A stretch of 64,000 nt of DNA from Vicugna vicugna (Eukaryota): contig MU063896.1 of assembly GCA_013265495.1 (NCBI GenBank), forward strand, positions 15,929,140 through 15,993,139. The letters are read 5' to 3'. Made by a program: the position numbers and the translations under genes. Shown here piece after piece: positions 1-12,800 of this stretch. Every line of letters begins with the position of its first letter. Within the stretch, counting starts at the first letter, position 1. The notes under the pieces are model-generated. The model was not told where the DNA came from. It was given only the letters and a program-made list of their open reading frames with translations, and did no database searches.

Positions 1-129
1 TGAGGAACTTGTCATTTTTAACATAGCTCTCTGTTTTTACTGTGATCTGTGTGATCTCACCCCCATATCCATTCGCATGAGAAATGGGTTGTCTAATCCT
101 TGGCTGTGTTTATTTCCATTTATTTTCAG

Positions 130-222
130 AGTATCCACATACTGGAAAGGACTTCTTCCTCTAGCACCGAACCCTCTGTAAGTCGGCAGCTGCTAGAACC
201 GGAGCCAGGCCCCCTCTCCAAG
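130..222 (+). CDS. OSBPL6: OSBPL6 exon, 93 nt, phase 0/0: [31 protein letters not shown]
   Basis: ttttcag acceptor, AAG|gtcagt donor; in frame with the next exon. Confidence 0.93.
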
Positions 223-3200
223 GTCAGTGCCAGAATGTGGTGCTTTCTCAGATGGCATGATGCCCACTCTGGGGCCAGCTGAACTGTAACTCTTACACCT
301 GACTCTCCGAAGGTAGCGATGACCCCATTGTAGGGCTGCTCTTCCACTTCTTCCTGCTCCAGTGCATCAGGTGTCTTTGCATAAGGCTTGCTTACGTTTC
401 TTTCTATAAGGAGGAAAGAGATGAAAGTGTATTTTGCTGGAATTTGCAGTGTTATGTACAGAAGTCCAGAATTCTCTTTGTTTTAAGGGAAAAGGGCAAG
501 AGGAACAGTTGACATTCCTGTTGGAGAGCTGAGCTAATATTCTATATAAAGCTAAGAGAAAAAAATCAGTGGGTCCAGCAATAACAACAGCAGGCCCCTT
601 TACTGCCCATGTACTGTGTACAGGCACTGTACTAAGTGCCTAAATACATGATCCCGTTTAATATAATCCTCTGAGCAGCTCCATACAGTGTGGGTATTTC
701 TTATACTTTATAAATATGGAAACCAAGAGTTAGTAACTTGTCCACAGTCAAAAAAGCTGCTAAGTAGCAGAGCAGGGATTAAGCTTTACCCCACCTGCAG
801 GGTAAACTAGTCTGTCCTCAGAGGACCTTATGTACGTTCAGAGTTCCAGTCCCCTTCTTCCATCTGGCCTTCCTAGCAGTGAGCTGAGGGGAACACAGCC
901 GATTATTGATGAAGATGTTTTCTGTTTCATGGAAGCCAGTGTTCCCTCCTCTTCAGCCTTCCCTTCCTAGGACTAAAGGAACGTCTAAATTCATTTATCT
1001 GAAATCCAAGAATCACAAAGAAAAGTCAAGGACACGCCATCGTACTCATCCCCATCCCTTGCTCGATTCCCTGAGGTTTTCAGTGGGTTGGCTTCCTTAC
1101 TGAGAAACTCAGAAAATAGAAAGCAGGGGGATTTTGAATCCAAATATAAAAAACTTTACTTCCCCCAAAGCTTAACTTCTAAGTATAGGTAACTGATTCA
1201 TCCACTTTGCTTTTCCTGTATTAAACAGAATGTTTTGTTGAAAGAACACTCTACTACACTAGTATTATAGAATATAGACACGTGTACCTCTTTATACTTT
1301 GAACCCATTATAAGCATTAAAGTTACAGTATCAGACAGGGGTAGACTGCAAAACTAAAAAAGAGGGAGTTACTGAACTACAAAAATAACTTAGAAGTGGG
1401 AAACGATCTTGTATCTATTTGAATGGCAAACAGAGAGTGTCTACTTGGTAAATATAACTAGTAATCTCTTTGGAACCTCAGTTCTCTCATACACAGCTAA
1501 AGGACAGAGAGGATAAATTAATACAGGGGCGATGCAGAAGGCAGCTAACATTGCTCCCTCACTTTGAGCCAGGCACTGGATTATTACAGGTATTTTCTCA
1601 GTCAGCCCTCAACTCCATGAAGTGAGTACTGATATTATTCTCATGTTACTGATAAGGAAACAGAGTTGGAGTATAAGTAAGTTGTCCGCAGTCAGATAGC
1701 TGGGAAGTGTGTGACATTCAGAGCAGTGGGAGACAAAGACCGTGATGGTGAGAGAGACATAGAAGAAGGAAGACTTAGAGAATGATGCACAGAAGGAGGA
1801 GAGGTGCTGGCGGTAAAATGAGTAGGGAGCGACACACAAACACACAGGACTTGCTCTGGCCCCTCCTGGCCCAGCGGCTGCATCTCCAGCCTCTTTGGTA
1901 TCTCACTTTATACTCCAGCTCCATCCATCTGCAGGCAGTTCCCTCCACTGGCCATGCTATCTCTTTCCTCTGCTGTTGGGCTCCTTCCACCAGGCCTGCG
2001 CGGAATACTGTCCTGCTCCCCTCCCATTCCTTCACTTAGCGAAAACTCCAACTTCTCTTAAGTTAGGCCCACAGGGACCCCTTTTCAAATGCTGCTCATT
2101 GTCTCCCTCCCTAATCCACCCTCAGCCCCAGACCATCTTGCATAGCCTGCAGTTGGTACTGACACAGTCATTACTTTATTTCACATTCTTCCTTTTTGTC
2201 AGATTCTCTCGGACAACCTGAGACTGGGCTTAGGGTGCTTCTGATCTGCTGAGGGAGGACCTCAGGAGAAAGAGCGTGCGCGAAGAGGCTAGGGCAGGTG
2301 TCGTTGCTAAGCAAGACGGGGTTTCAGCTGGAGCCTACCCTCAGCTTGATCCTGTGGTGGGCTCTGGAGCATGGATTATATCAGAGTTGGTCTCCCCCGG
2401 AGGCAGGGAGCCCTCAGCCATTTGTACCCTTGTGTCCTTCAATTGTTGAGAGCTGTGGGGAAGGTATTACTAACGCATAATTTCCTGGGTGTGGAGGCCC
2501 TGGGTTGGCCAAACAGCAGCTCCCCGTAGAAGGAGGGAGCTATTAGCCTTAGCAGTTCGCCGTGCTCACAGCAGCTGGGACATGGGTCCACTGGCTGGAT
2601 TCAGGGATCCACGTAGGGCGCCAGCAGCATCCATTTCCCATCACTTCTCCGTGCAGTTGCCTGTTTGGATCTTGCTGTACAACTAAGACTCTTGTTGTGT
2701 TTTTGCATTAATAGATAACACATCTCTTGGGACCCTATGAAATCAGAGGGTCCCATTCAATCCAGATACCACAGCATCTCACCATCTCTCAGCCCCTTTG
2801 AGAGGAGATGGGCTTCCTGGGCACTGGCTGGTGGCAGAAGAACATTGTTCGAAGTACATACATACAGTCCTGTCTTAGGATTTTTTCAAATACTTTGTTT
2901 GGTGTTTTCACCTCCTAAAGCATATCTCGTATCCCCCACGCACGCACGCACGCAGGCCTGCACGCACACGGAGTAAGAAAGGAAGGGTTTCTGTTTTTCC
3001 CAAAGGAGCAGACTAGGGCTGTTATTACGTTACTTCCTGATTTTAGGTATTGTTATTAGACCAAAAGTACTTTTAAAACTTTTATAACAGCAAAAATGTT
3101 TGTGTGTCCGATTCAAGTGCTGACGTGGTCACATGAGGGTTTTTGCCTCTGTTTCTATTACAAGTAATCCTATGGAAGTTGGTGACTTTAAAACAGAAAA

Positions 3201-3776
3201 TTAATATCAGCTGAAATTATGAAAAACAGCCTTCAATTTTCCAAAAGTTATTTTAGCTTTCTCAAGACAGACCTGGTCTACTAAGCATAGAGATGGATTG
3301 TACTAAGTCCTGAGATGGGATATTTTATTTCTTACATACTTAATTTGCAACATTATCATCAGCATTTATAATTAGAATAGAGTTGTTTGCTCTGGCTTTA
3401 TCCTTTGCCTCTTTGTTTGACAGCTTATTTAACTGTAAGAACTAGGATTTTTCCCATTTTCTTTTTTTGCTGGGCTTAATAATACTGAATCAGAGTAAGT
3501 GGAATTATTTGTTCAGAGCTGCTGCATTTATGTTTAAAAAATACATTTTAACTTTTGCCTTTCTGTGTAATATATCTTCCCCCTTCATTCTTATTCCGGG
3601 GTAGTTAAACTCCCAAAGAAGAAAAAAAAAACTGCTGTGATAGAAATCAGTAGCCATAGCTCCACAGGGACAAGCAGTTATTACATCCTGAGTTTAATTA
3701 GAAAAAAAATTCAAGAAGCATTTGTACTTATTATTAAATGTTTCCATTTTCACAAGTAACCCAGAGTTTTCATCTT

Positions 3777-3812
<36 letters not shown>

Positions 3813-6800
3813 GAATAAATCAAAGATGAATACTAGCCTTCAAATAAGATCTAGCCAAAAATAAAAATGCTGTTCTGGGTGGGATGGTCATAGTTCAGTG
3901 GTAGAGATGTGCTTAGTGTGCACAAGGTCCTAGTTTCAATCCCCAGAACCTCCTTTAAAAAATTTTTTTTTAAATCCTGTTCTTCTAGAGGTGCTGTCCC
4001 GCGGAGGGGCTACTGAAAATAGAAATGTCATTAAATACAGTTGATATTTTTCTAAGAACAGAGAGAGCTCTACTGAATATAGGTATACATGTGTAGAAAG
4101 TTATTCTTTTGACTTCTTAATTATACAGATACTTTCTCAAAGGAATCAGTAGAAATCCATTTTTATGGAATGAAAATCTGTCTTTTTTTTTTTTTTTTTT
4201 TTTTTTTTTATGCTTTGCTGGTGAGAATAAAAAGCCAAAGATGGACTTCGTATAAGAACCTACTATTTTTTTCTATTGTTCTAACATTATTCGAAAGCAA
4301 TGCTCACCTGTTGAACTGCAATTCAATATTAAAAAATGAAAATGCCAAAGCGCTCTGCTTTGTACTACTGATAATAATGCCTTCATTGTCAAAAAAACAT
4401 GGTGCAGAGCCTGAAATTGCCTTATCAGAAAATTTTTTTTTTAAATCACGGTATCTAATTAACAGTTTTGACCAGATCCATCACAGTTACTGATACTATT
4501 ATCTTCAAGTAGAAAATCACTTTTGGGGTTTTTCTCTTATGTGAAGGGAAATTGACAGATCCTTTCAAGGATTCTTAATGTTGCCAAATGAACATTGGTA
4601 GGTGTGTTTCTATAGAGATGTAGTTCATTCACTAGGCACCCCTCAGAGATGACCAAGAAGATGGAGAAATGATGTTGGTCTCAGATTAGTTTGCAGGGGT
4701 GGTGGTGGTGGTAGGGTTGGGCTTGGGTAGAAGCATGATGCTGGCTTTAGAGGGCTCTTCAGAAGCTCAATGATGTTTACATGAAGCACTGTTCAGCCAC
4801 ATCTGGAAACATAATTGTCTGTCAAAATCCCACTCCATTTACACGTCTTTGGACTTAAATGTAGACTTGACTAGGCCATAGGGCAAGCAGCTTCTGAGAT
4901 GAAAGGAGAAGACAGGGGAAAGAGGCATGAGTCTCCCTTCCTGTCCCCGTGGCCAACATCAGTAACTAGGTAGGGCCCCTTCGCCTCTGGGTCCTGTCAG
5001 AGCCTCACAGTCCTGCAGCAGGTTCTGGGCAGCCCCCACCCAGACATCTGGGCCAGCAGGTCCATCTGCCCCGAGATGGAATGCACCCATTGCCATTCCA
5101 CTGAAGCCTCTGTGCTGTGGCCTAAAGATGATTTCTGATAGAACGAAATGTTGCAGAAAAAACGTGTTGCAGCTCAGCATTACAGCTCGGTGTTACAGCT
5201 CAGCTGCGACAGCAACCTGGATCTGGGTGAGAGACTAAGCAGCAGTTGGAGAGTTGGAGAACTCAGGTTCATTATCCAAGCCGGCCCAGAGGAGTTAACA
5301 CTCCAAGCTCTGGACCCCATCTGTAGATTTACACAGGGTTTTATAGGCTAGCAGTTTGCACTTTGCAACATTGTATGCAAATAAGGTATAACAAAAGTTG
5401 ACTAGAACAAGCTTTGTAGAAATGGACCAATCAGGAGTGAAGGAAATAACCAATCAGGAGTGAGCTCAGGGAACCAATAGAATTTTAGGGGTAAGTTCCA
5501 CTTTCCTAGAAGTAAGCAGTTTGAGAGGCAAAAAGTGAGTTAGAGCCACTGGCCCAGGGAACCGGATGGTGCTGGCAGGAGGGTAGTAGACCTCCCTAGG
5601 GGTCCTGCTGGTCTTTTTTATAGGGCTTCCCACCTCAGTATCTTCTCAGAAGGCAGCCTCCTGAGTCAATTTGGGATAGAGCGTTCTGCAGAGGGGCCCG
5701 CCCTGACACAGGGAGCTGTATCCAGCTTTCCAGAGCCAAGGCAACTGAGCAGGTTACGCTGAGAGATTTTGCTTCCCTGTGCCGTGGGCAGGACTGTAGC
5801 AGTTGTACATGGGATGTGACCTCGTTCCTGCCTCTGCGTCTGCTTAATTGTGCTCCATGCCCAAGATTAGCATATGAGTGTTTGCCAGGTCAACGGCTAC
5901 TTCAGAGCTGCATGGGCCCTTGGAAATCACCTGGTCCAAGGATTTAAACCCAGGATGTTGCTAAGGAGCAGGTACCCAGCATGGAAGCAGGCCCAGGGGT
6001 AACTGGGGCAGACTGAAGATGGACAGCCAGCCATTGTGGCAGGACCAGCATTGCCAGATCTTAAGCTTTCACAAAACACTAGAAATTTGAGTTTTTAAAG
6101 TCTGAAATCTTTTGACTTTTAAATGTTGACAATTGAATTTCGAAACTTTTTTTTTAAACACCAAAGACGCACAAAACATCTTATGGAAGAGGAAACCATG
6201 ATTTAGTCTGTTTTTAACAGAGGAGGATGATAGCTTGGACTTTAGAATCTCAGATTCCTGGCTGTGCGATGTAGTGCTCTTTCCATGGGCTCCCAAGGAT
6301 GTGTGAATCTCAGGACGAGCGCTTCGAAAGCATGGACTTCTTGGTGTGTGTTCGGAGAGCTGGGTGTTTTATGTGCTCTCTACAATGCATGCAGCCTTCC
6401 CAAGAGGAAACAGATGCCCATAGCACTGCTCTTCAGCTTAATAGGTTAGGAGCCACTTAGGCTGCTGTAAACTTTTCATTTCTACACAGAAAGCCAGGCC
6501 CATGTGCTAATTGAACATGTTTCATCAAAGTGGTCTTATTTAAAATTTAAAGTGCCTCTGTGCAAAGGAACTGTCTGGGAAAATGCATTTTAAACCTTAT
6601 GAATGCAGGAAATCAAAATTCTACCCTACCCCAGACTCCAGCTCCACCTCATCTCTGCTGGACCCGCACACCTGCAGGTGTCCCCGGAAACTCGCTCTCA
6701 CTGCAGTGATAAGTACATAGCTGTGTCTGATGTTAGAATTTGCCCCAGAATGTTGTTCATACGTCTGGTGGGTCAAGTATTTCTTCAAAGGCAACTTCTA

Positions 6801-9800
6801 CTTAAGAATCTGCTTTAAGTGTCATCAAACACTGAGAAACATGTGATTTGCTTTTCTTCTTTTCTCTCAGGAAGCCGACAGCTGGGAAATTATAGAAGGG
6901 CTGAAAATAGGCCAAACCAATGTCCAGAGACCAGACAAACATGAAGGCTTTATGCTAAAGAAGAGAAAATGGCCTTTAAAAGGCTGGCACAAGGTAACAT
7001 TTTCATCATATTCACCTTCAGATCATCTTCATAAATAGAGAGGCTCTTATTTGGTGTCATTAGGTGGTAAACCAAGAATATAGTGATATGTGTAACCTTC
7101 AAGGCTTATTTTAACCTTACAGGCCGCAATCTGTCATACTTAAGTCTGAGATCTTAAGATCTTGCATAATATCTGTATGTAAGGGAAAAAACATTTTACA
7201 TGATATTTAAAATCCAGTTGAGACATATTGTTGTCTATTCTGCTTTTTTTAACTTAAATTAGTACGAATTTGTTCTTATTAAGTATTCTGAGATGTTTTT
7301 AAATGCATGTATGTATTCCGTTGAAGGGATTTATACTGTATCCCACCATTATTGACCAGTTCCCTATTGCTGATGGAATATCACTGATCTTGGAAGTCTA
7401 TTTACTGCCCTTGGACGTATATGGTTTATTCCTCTCTCCCCTACTCCACATCATTTTTCCATCTTTTAGTTTTAAGTATGGAGAAGGTATTTTGCACTAT
7501 ATTGTTGTAATGACCTGTGTGGCAAGAATTCTGTGATGGTAAGGGTAGGAATGTTGTCCTCCATTTTCAGTAAAAGCCCTTTGGTAGATGACCAGGATCT
7601 TCTCTGAAACCACCGCGAGAACAGGTTCATTACTTGCTGCATGGATTTCATCTCAAGGCAGATGGATTTGTGGGTGCAAATGGCTGGGCGATGGCTGCCC
7701 ACTGCCCAAGCAGGAAGGTTATGGATTATAGTATCTTCAGAGAAATGTATTTTTTTGCAATTTAAGGGAAGGACTTAAAAATTAACAGATGGAAAATGTT
7801 GCCTCAATTCCCTGTCTCTGAATATGGAATAAAAGCAGGTCAAAGAGTCTTCTTCCCCTCACTTGTCGTAAATCTTGGCCCTCCCCGGAACCCATAATAT
7901 TATACCAGGGCCAGGATCTCTCTCTACCCTTGTTGTTTTTTGGATTTTGTTCAACTGGCCGTACTTCTTCCTGGAGTCACCTTGCCTTTCATTCTGATCT
8001 TAATGATTTTGCAATTCCTCAAGTCAGTGGCTTCGCTCATTCTCTTTCCCCGTGACCATCCTATAGGTTATCCCTGCTAAAATTCTTAGATAGATAGATA
8101 GGCATGAGAAAATAGAAAAAAGGGGTCCAAGAAACATGTTTTATCTGAATTGCTGACTTTAATTTAGTGCTCTCAGTCCGTATTTCAGCCAAACTGGCTG
8201 TGAGTCAGCAGCAACTCTTTCTGGACAATGCCTTAGAACATTTTGCTGTGAAAATAGTTAGAGGTTCTCCCTTAAATTATCTTTTCTCCTGGTCTCTAAT
8301 GCCATCAGATATTTATTCAAGCATCAGCCTATTTGATTGCCCAAGTCCTAGGTAACCAAGTCTTTTTCAGCTATAGAGATTCTTCCTTCCAGTGCTTGCT
8401 TGATCCCCCGCCTCCCCAGAACCTGTAACAAAGGGGTTATAGTGGCCTTCTGTTAGTTCTGTGCAGGGGGCCCCCAGGCCTGACTGCCTGCCACTTCAGC
8501 AGCTAAGAGTTCCCGAGTCACACGAAAACTTCCCAGCAGAGTAATTTCTCAGTCACAGAAAGACTCCCTGCATCTGTAGAGACTAGAGGAGGGCACTGGA
8601 CCCACTGTTTGATTCGGTTCTGGGAACTATTTGTTCTCCTGTCAATTGTCCGTGGAGAGGAAATCAATAGCAGAGAGTTCGTGAGGTTTGTGAAGCAAAA
8701 ACGGCTGATTCATTGGGACTGGACCAGGAGTATCTTGGAAGAGACGAAAACCGCCATGTATATATATATGGTTTTTTTTCTGCTTAACATGGTTCAGAAA
8801 TAATTTTTAATCTCTTTTACTAACAGTGAAATGCAAGCATTTTGCTAAGTGGAGATGCAAGCATATTGATAAGGCTACTTTTTAAACTTTCCAGAGAATT
8901 CATTATTCATAGGTCCAGTCCACGGGCTTCTGTAACAGACTTGGGTATTTTTAAGAATCATTCATGGTAGCCAGGGACATGCAGGAGTCGATCTTCAAGG
9001 TGCAACATTCCCTGTAGACAAGTTCCTCACAGAGTCACGGTGACCCAACTCAGGTTACTCTTGTTTCTCACTTCCAAACATACCCCAGTGTGGTTCATTC
9101 AGAAAGGCTTAGCTCAGGCCCTGGGACTGCTCCCTCGCCCCCATTAAGAAAAACTCTGGTGAAAAGATTTCATCCCTGTTGGATTATGTGTAAAAACCCT
9201 AGTAGCTATACAGTACAGAACTCAAGCTCAGGTTCCCTTTCCGTTTAATGTGGCTGACTGTGGCCAGGTGCACTGAATTCAAATACATGAAAATGATCAA
9301 ACATACTGATTACAAATGCCAAGCAACGTTCAACCCACACTCGTGAATGTTTTATATAATTCAAAATCCTGACAGTAACCAGGGGTTGTTTGGTTCTTGC
9401 AGCGTTTTTTCGTCCTGGATAATGGAATGTTAAAGTATTCAAAGGCGCCACTTGATGTAAGTAGCACACAGGGCATGTTTCAAGGATTGATTTAGAATTC
9501 TGCTCAAAGTGAGTCAACAGCATAGTGTACAAGTCTTGTGCTGTAGTTACCAGCTTTGTGCATTTCTGTGCCTGTAAGATTTAACAAGCCACCAAAGTTC
9601 CATGTTCCATGGAAGGTGTGTTTTGTGTTTACGATCAAGCTAGCAAAAAATCTCAAGCTGCTGCATGATGATTTAACTATTGGGATGTATATTGTTTGAA
9701 ACAGAACCTTAAACCTGAAGGTGACACACTAATAAAAATTGCCCTTTCTGTCTTGGAGAGAAAACCCAAATAGGCTTTTTTCCCTGCATCTCTCCATAAA

Positions 9801-12800
9801 CCATGCTTTACGTGCTTTTTTTGAGATTTAAAGCAACATTTGTTCTCATTGATGTCCTTTTAACGCCTATCTTATAAACTTTATTTCTATTTTATACATT
9901 CTTTTATCTTGGGAATCCTGACTCTAAAATTATTTCAAATTATTTTTCTTTAATATAAAAAGTCACCGTTTGCATGCAAAACTAGAAAATACTCTTCTTC
10001 TTACCACTGTGTATAAGGGAATTAATGGAGGGCTCAGATTTCAGTTCTGTCCCCATCTCTTTCATGGAATCAGCTGTGTGTCCTTGATCAGATGAGGACA
10101 GCCAGAATGAAGAGCTGTCTGCTCCGGGCTCTCGGTCCCAGCTGCCCCATTCTCCCCCAGCAGCTGTCTTCTGACTGATTACTTGGGGATGTTCTGGGTT
10201 GTGGTCAAAGACTGACCCTAGTTATTTTAGGAACCAGTAAATATATCTTTTTTAGGCTATAAACTGTGTGATCTAGAATTATGAAGACTTGACATAATAG
10301 TTATGCCAAAAGCAGCAATAAGAAATGAATAGTCTTACTTATTGAAATTGGTGTGAACTCACTGCAACTTCAGCTGTCCTCAGATTAAGGACCTTAACTT
10401 CAGAACCTCAGCCATTAGATCTTCTTTGTAAAGGAAATGTGTTATTCCATCTCCTATAGATAAGTTAAAGATTACATTAAGCTCCACTGCAACACAAAGA
10501 CATATCAAATCACACATCCTGCCAGGCTATTTACTAGTCTTTTGATTTCAGATTCAAAAAGGGAAGGTCCATGGAAGCATTGATGTCGGACTCTCTGTTA
10601 TGTCAATTAAAAAGAAAGCTCGGAGAATAGATCTTGACACAGAAGAACACATCTATCATTTGAAGGTAAAGTAACTTTTCAACAGTTTCTCTGCCAATAT
10701 CAAGGGAAATCTCTTGCCTGTACCAGTGGTAAACAGGAGATCTGTTTCGCCATCACCTGCCTCTCTTATTCTTTGTTTTAGGTGAAATCCCAGGACTGGT
10801 TTGACACGTGGGTCTCCAAACTGCGCCATCATCGATTGTATCGGCAGAACGAAATTGTGAGATCACCAAGAGATGCTAGTTTTCACATATTTCCTTCAAC
10901 CTCCACAGCTGAATCCTCACCGGCTGCTAATGTTTCTGTTGTGGATGGAAAGGTATGACTGTTATATAAAAATCAGCCCAGAAATTGCTTGGAAAATTAT
11001 GCAAACATGTTAATGGAGTCTCATTTGACAAACCAGTAAGAGAAGATTTGCTCGTAAACTAACCCTCAGAAGACAATAGTGACATTTAGCATCAAAGTTA
11101 TTTACAAGTGTAGACTAGGTGGAAATGTGGGTCACCAAGGGAATTAACAGTTACTGTTCCTTTCATCTTAATTTTATATGGCTTTGTAGGTATATTAGAA
11201 AGTAGAGTGAAGATTGGGTTTATCAGCACCTACAAATTGATGTCTTCTTTGGTGGTAATAAGAAGACCACAAAGTTTTGAACATGAAACTTGCTTTTGTT
11301 CCTTGAGCTGTAGTATATACAGGACCATGAGAGAGACCAGTGACATTCCTCACGAGGTTAAACAAGTGGGCTAGAGAATGTGACAGTAAGTAGTGGCCCT
11401 TTCAAATGGCCAGGCACTATGTTAAGCATTTAACATTCATTCATTTCTAATTTTTAATATATCCAAAGTTCAGAGATAGTAAAGAATTTTCTCTGGAAGT
11501 TACATAGACATTAAATAGCTGAGCCAAGCTCTGAATCCTCATCTCTGTTTCCAAAATCAGTGTCTTTTCCATTATACCAAGTACCAGATTAAGGGAGGCT
11601 GAAGCTGTTCTTTGGGCTGTATTAAGAGTTCTTTTTCTGTATTGCTGAAAAGCTAGAGGTGTTTCCCATTAAAAATCAAAGTTAAAACAATAGGCAGGGA
11701 GACAGCTGTTTCTGCCTTTGATTCAATAATTAAGTTTTCTGAACCATGGCCACATTACACTGCCCAGAGGTCTTCCAGCTTCTCACTTGGCACCTGATAC
11801 TGAGACTAGAGACATCTGTGAATAACTGGCTGCCACAAGGAGTTGGGTTCAAGTGTGTTTCAGCGAAGATTTTGTTTTTCTGTTTTCTTAATAGGGATGT
11901 ATGTAATAACATATATCCAAGTTTCCTTTGCAAAGCATTGAAAAACCTCGTGAAATACCTGTGAGAGTAAGCAAATTGGATGAAATGAAGTTAGTTTTTG
12001 CTATTTCAGTGGAATTACTTAACTAATTTTTTTAACTTTTTTTTTATTGAGTAATAGTCATTTTACAATGTTGTGTCAAATTCCAGTGTAGAGCACAATT
12101 TTTCAGTTATACATGAACATACATATATATTCATTGTCACATTGTTTTTTGCTGTGAGCTACCACAAGATCTTGTATATATTTCCCTGTGCTATACAATA
12201 TAATCTTGTTTATCTGTTCTACATTTTGAAATCCCAATCTGTCCCTTCCCACCCCCCGCCCCCTTGGCAACCACAAGTTTGTATGTTATGTCTGTGAGTC
12301 TGTTTCTGTTTTGTATTTATATTGGTTTTCTTTTTAGATTCCACATGTGAATGATCTCATATGGTATTTTTCTTTCTCTTTCTGGCTTACTTCACTTAGA
12401 ATGACATTCTCCAGGAACATCCATGTTGCTGCAAATAGCGTTATGTTGTCGGTTTTTATGGCTGAATAGTATTCCATTGTATAAATATACCACATCTTCT
12501 TTATCCAGTCATCTGTCGATGGTCATTTAGGCTGTTTCCATGTCTTGGCTATTGTAAATAGTGCTGCTATGAACACTGGGGTGCAGGTGTCATTTTGAAG
12601 TAGGGTTCCTTCTGGATATATGCCCAGGAGCGGGATTCCTGGGTCATATGGTAAGTGTATTCCTAATCTTTTGAGGAATCTCCATACTGTTTTCCACAGT
12701 GGCTGCACCAAACTGCATTCCCACCAGCAGNNNNNNNNNNNNNNNNNNNNNNNNNNNNNNNNNNNNNNNNNNNNNNNNNNNNNNNNNNNNNNNNNNNNNN

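Noticed and set aside
7472-7702. Minus-strand 76-aa ORF, considered as a processed pseudogene
   Set aside because: I translated all three minus frames and recognised no protein; no poly(A) tail or TSD. BLASTX would settle it.
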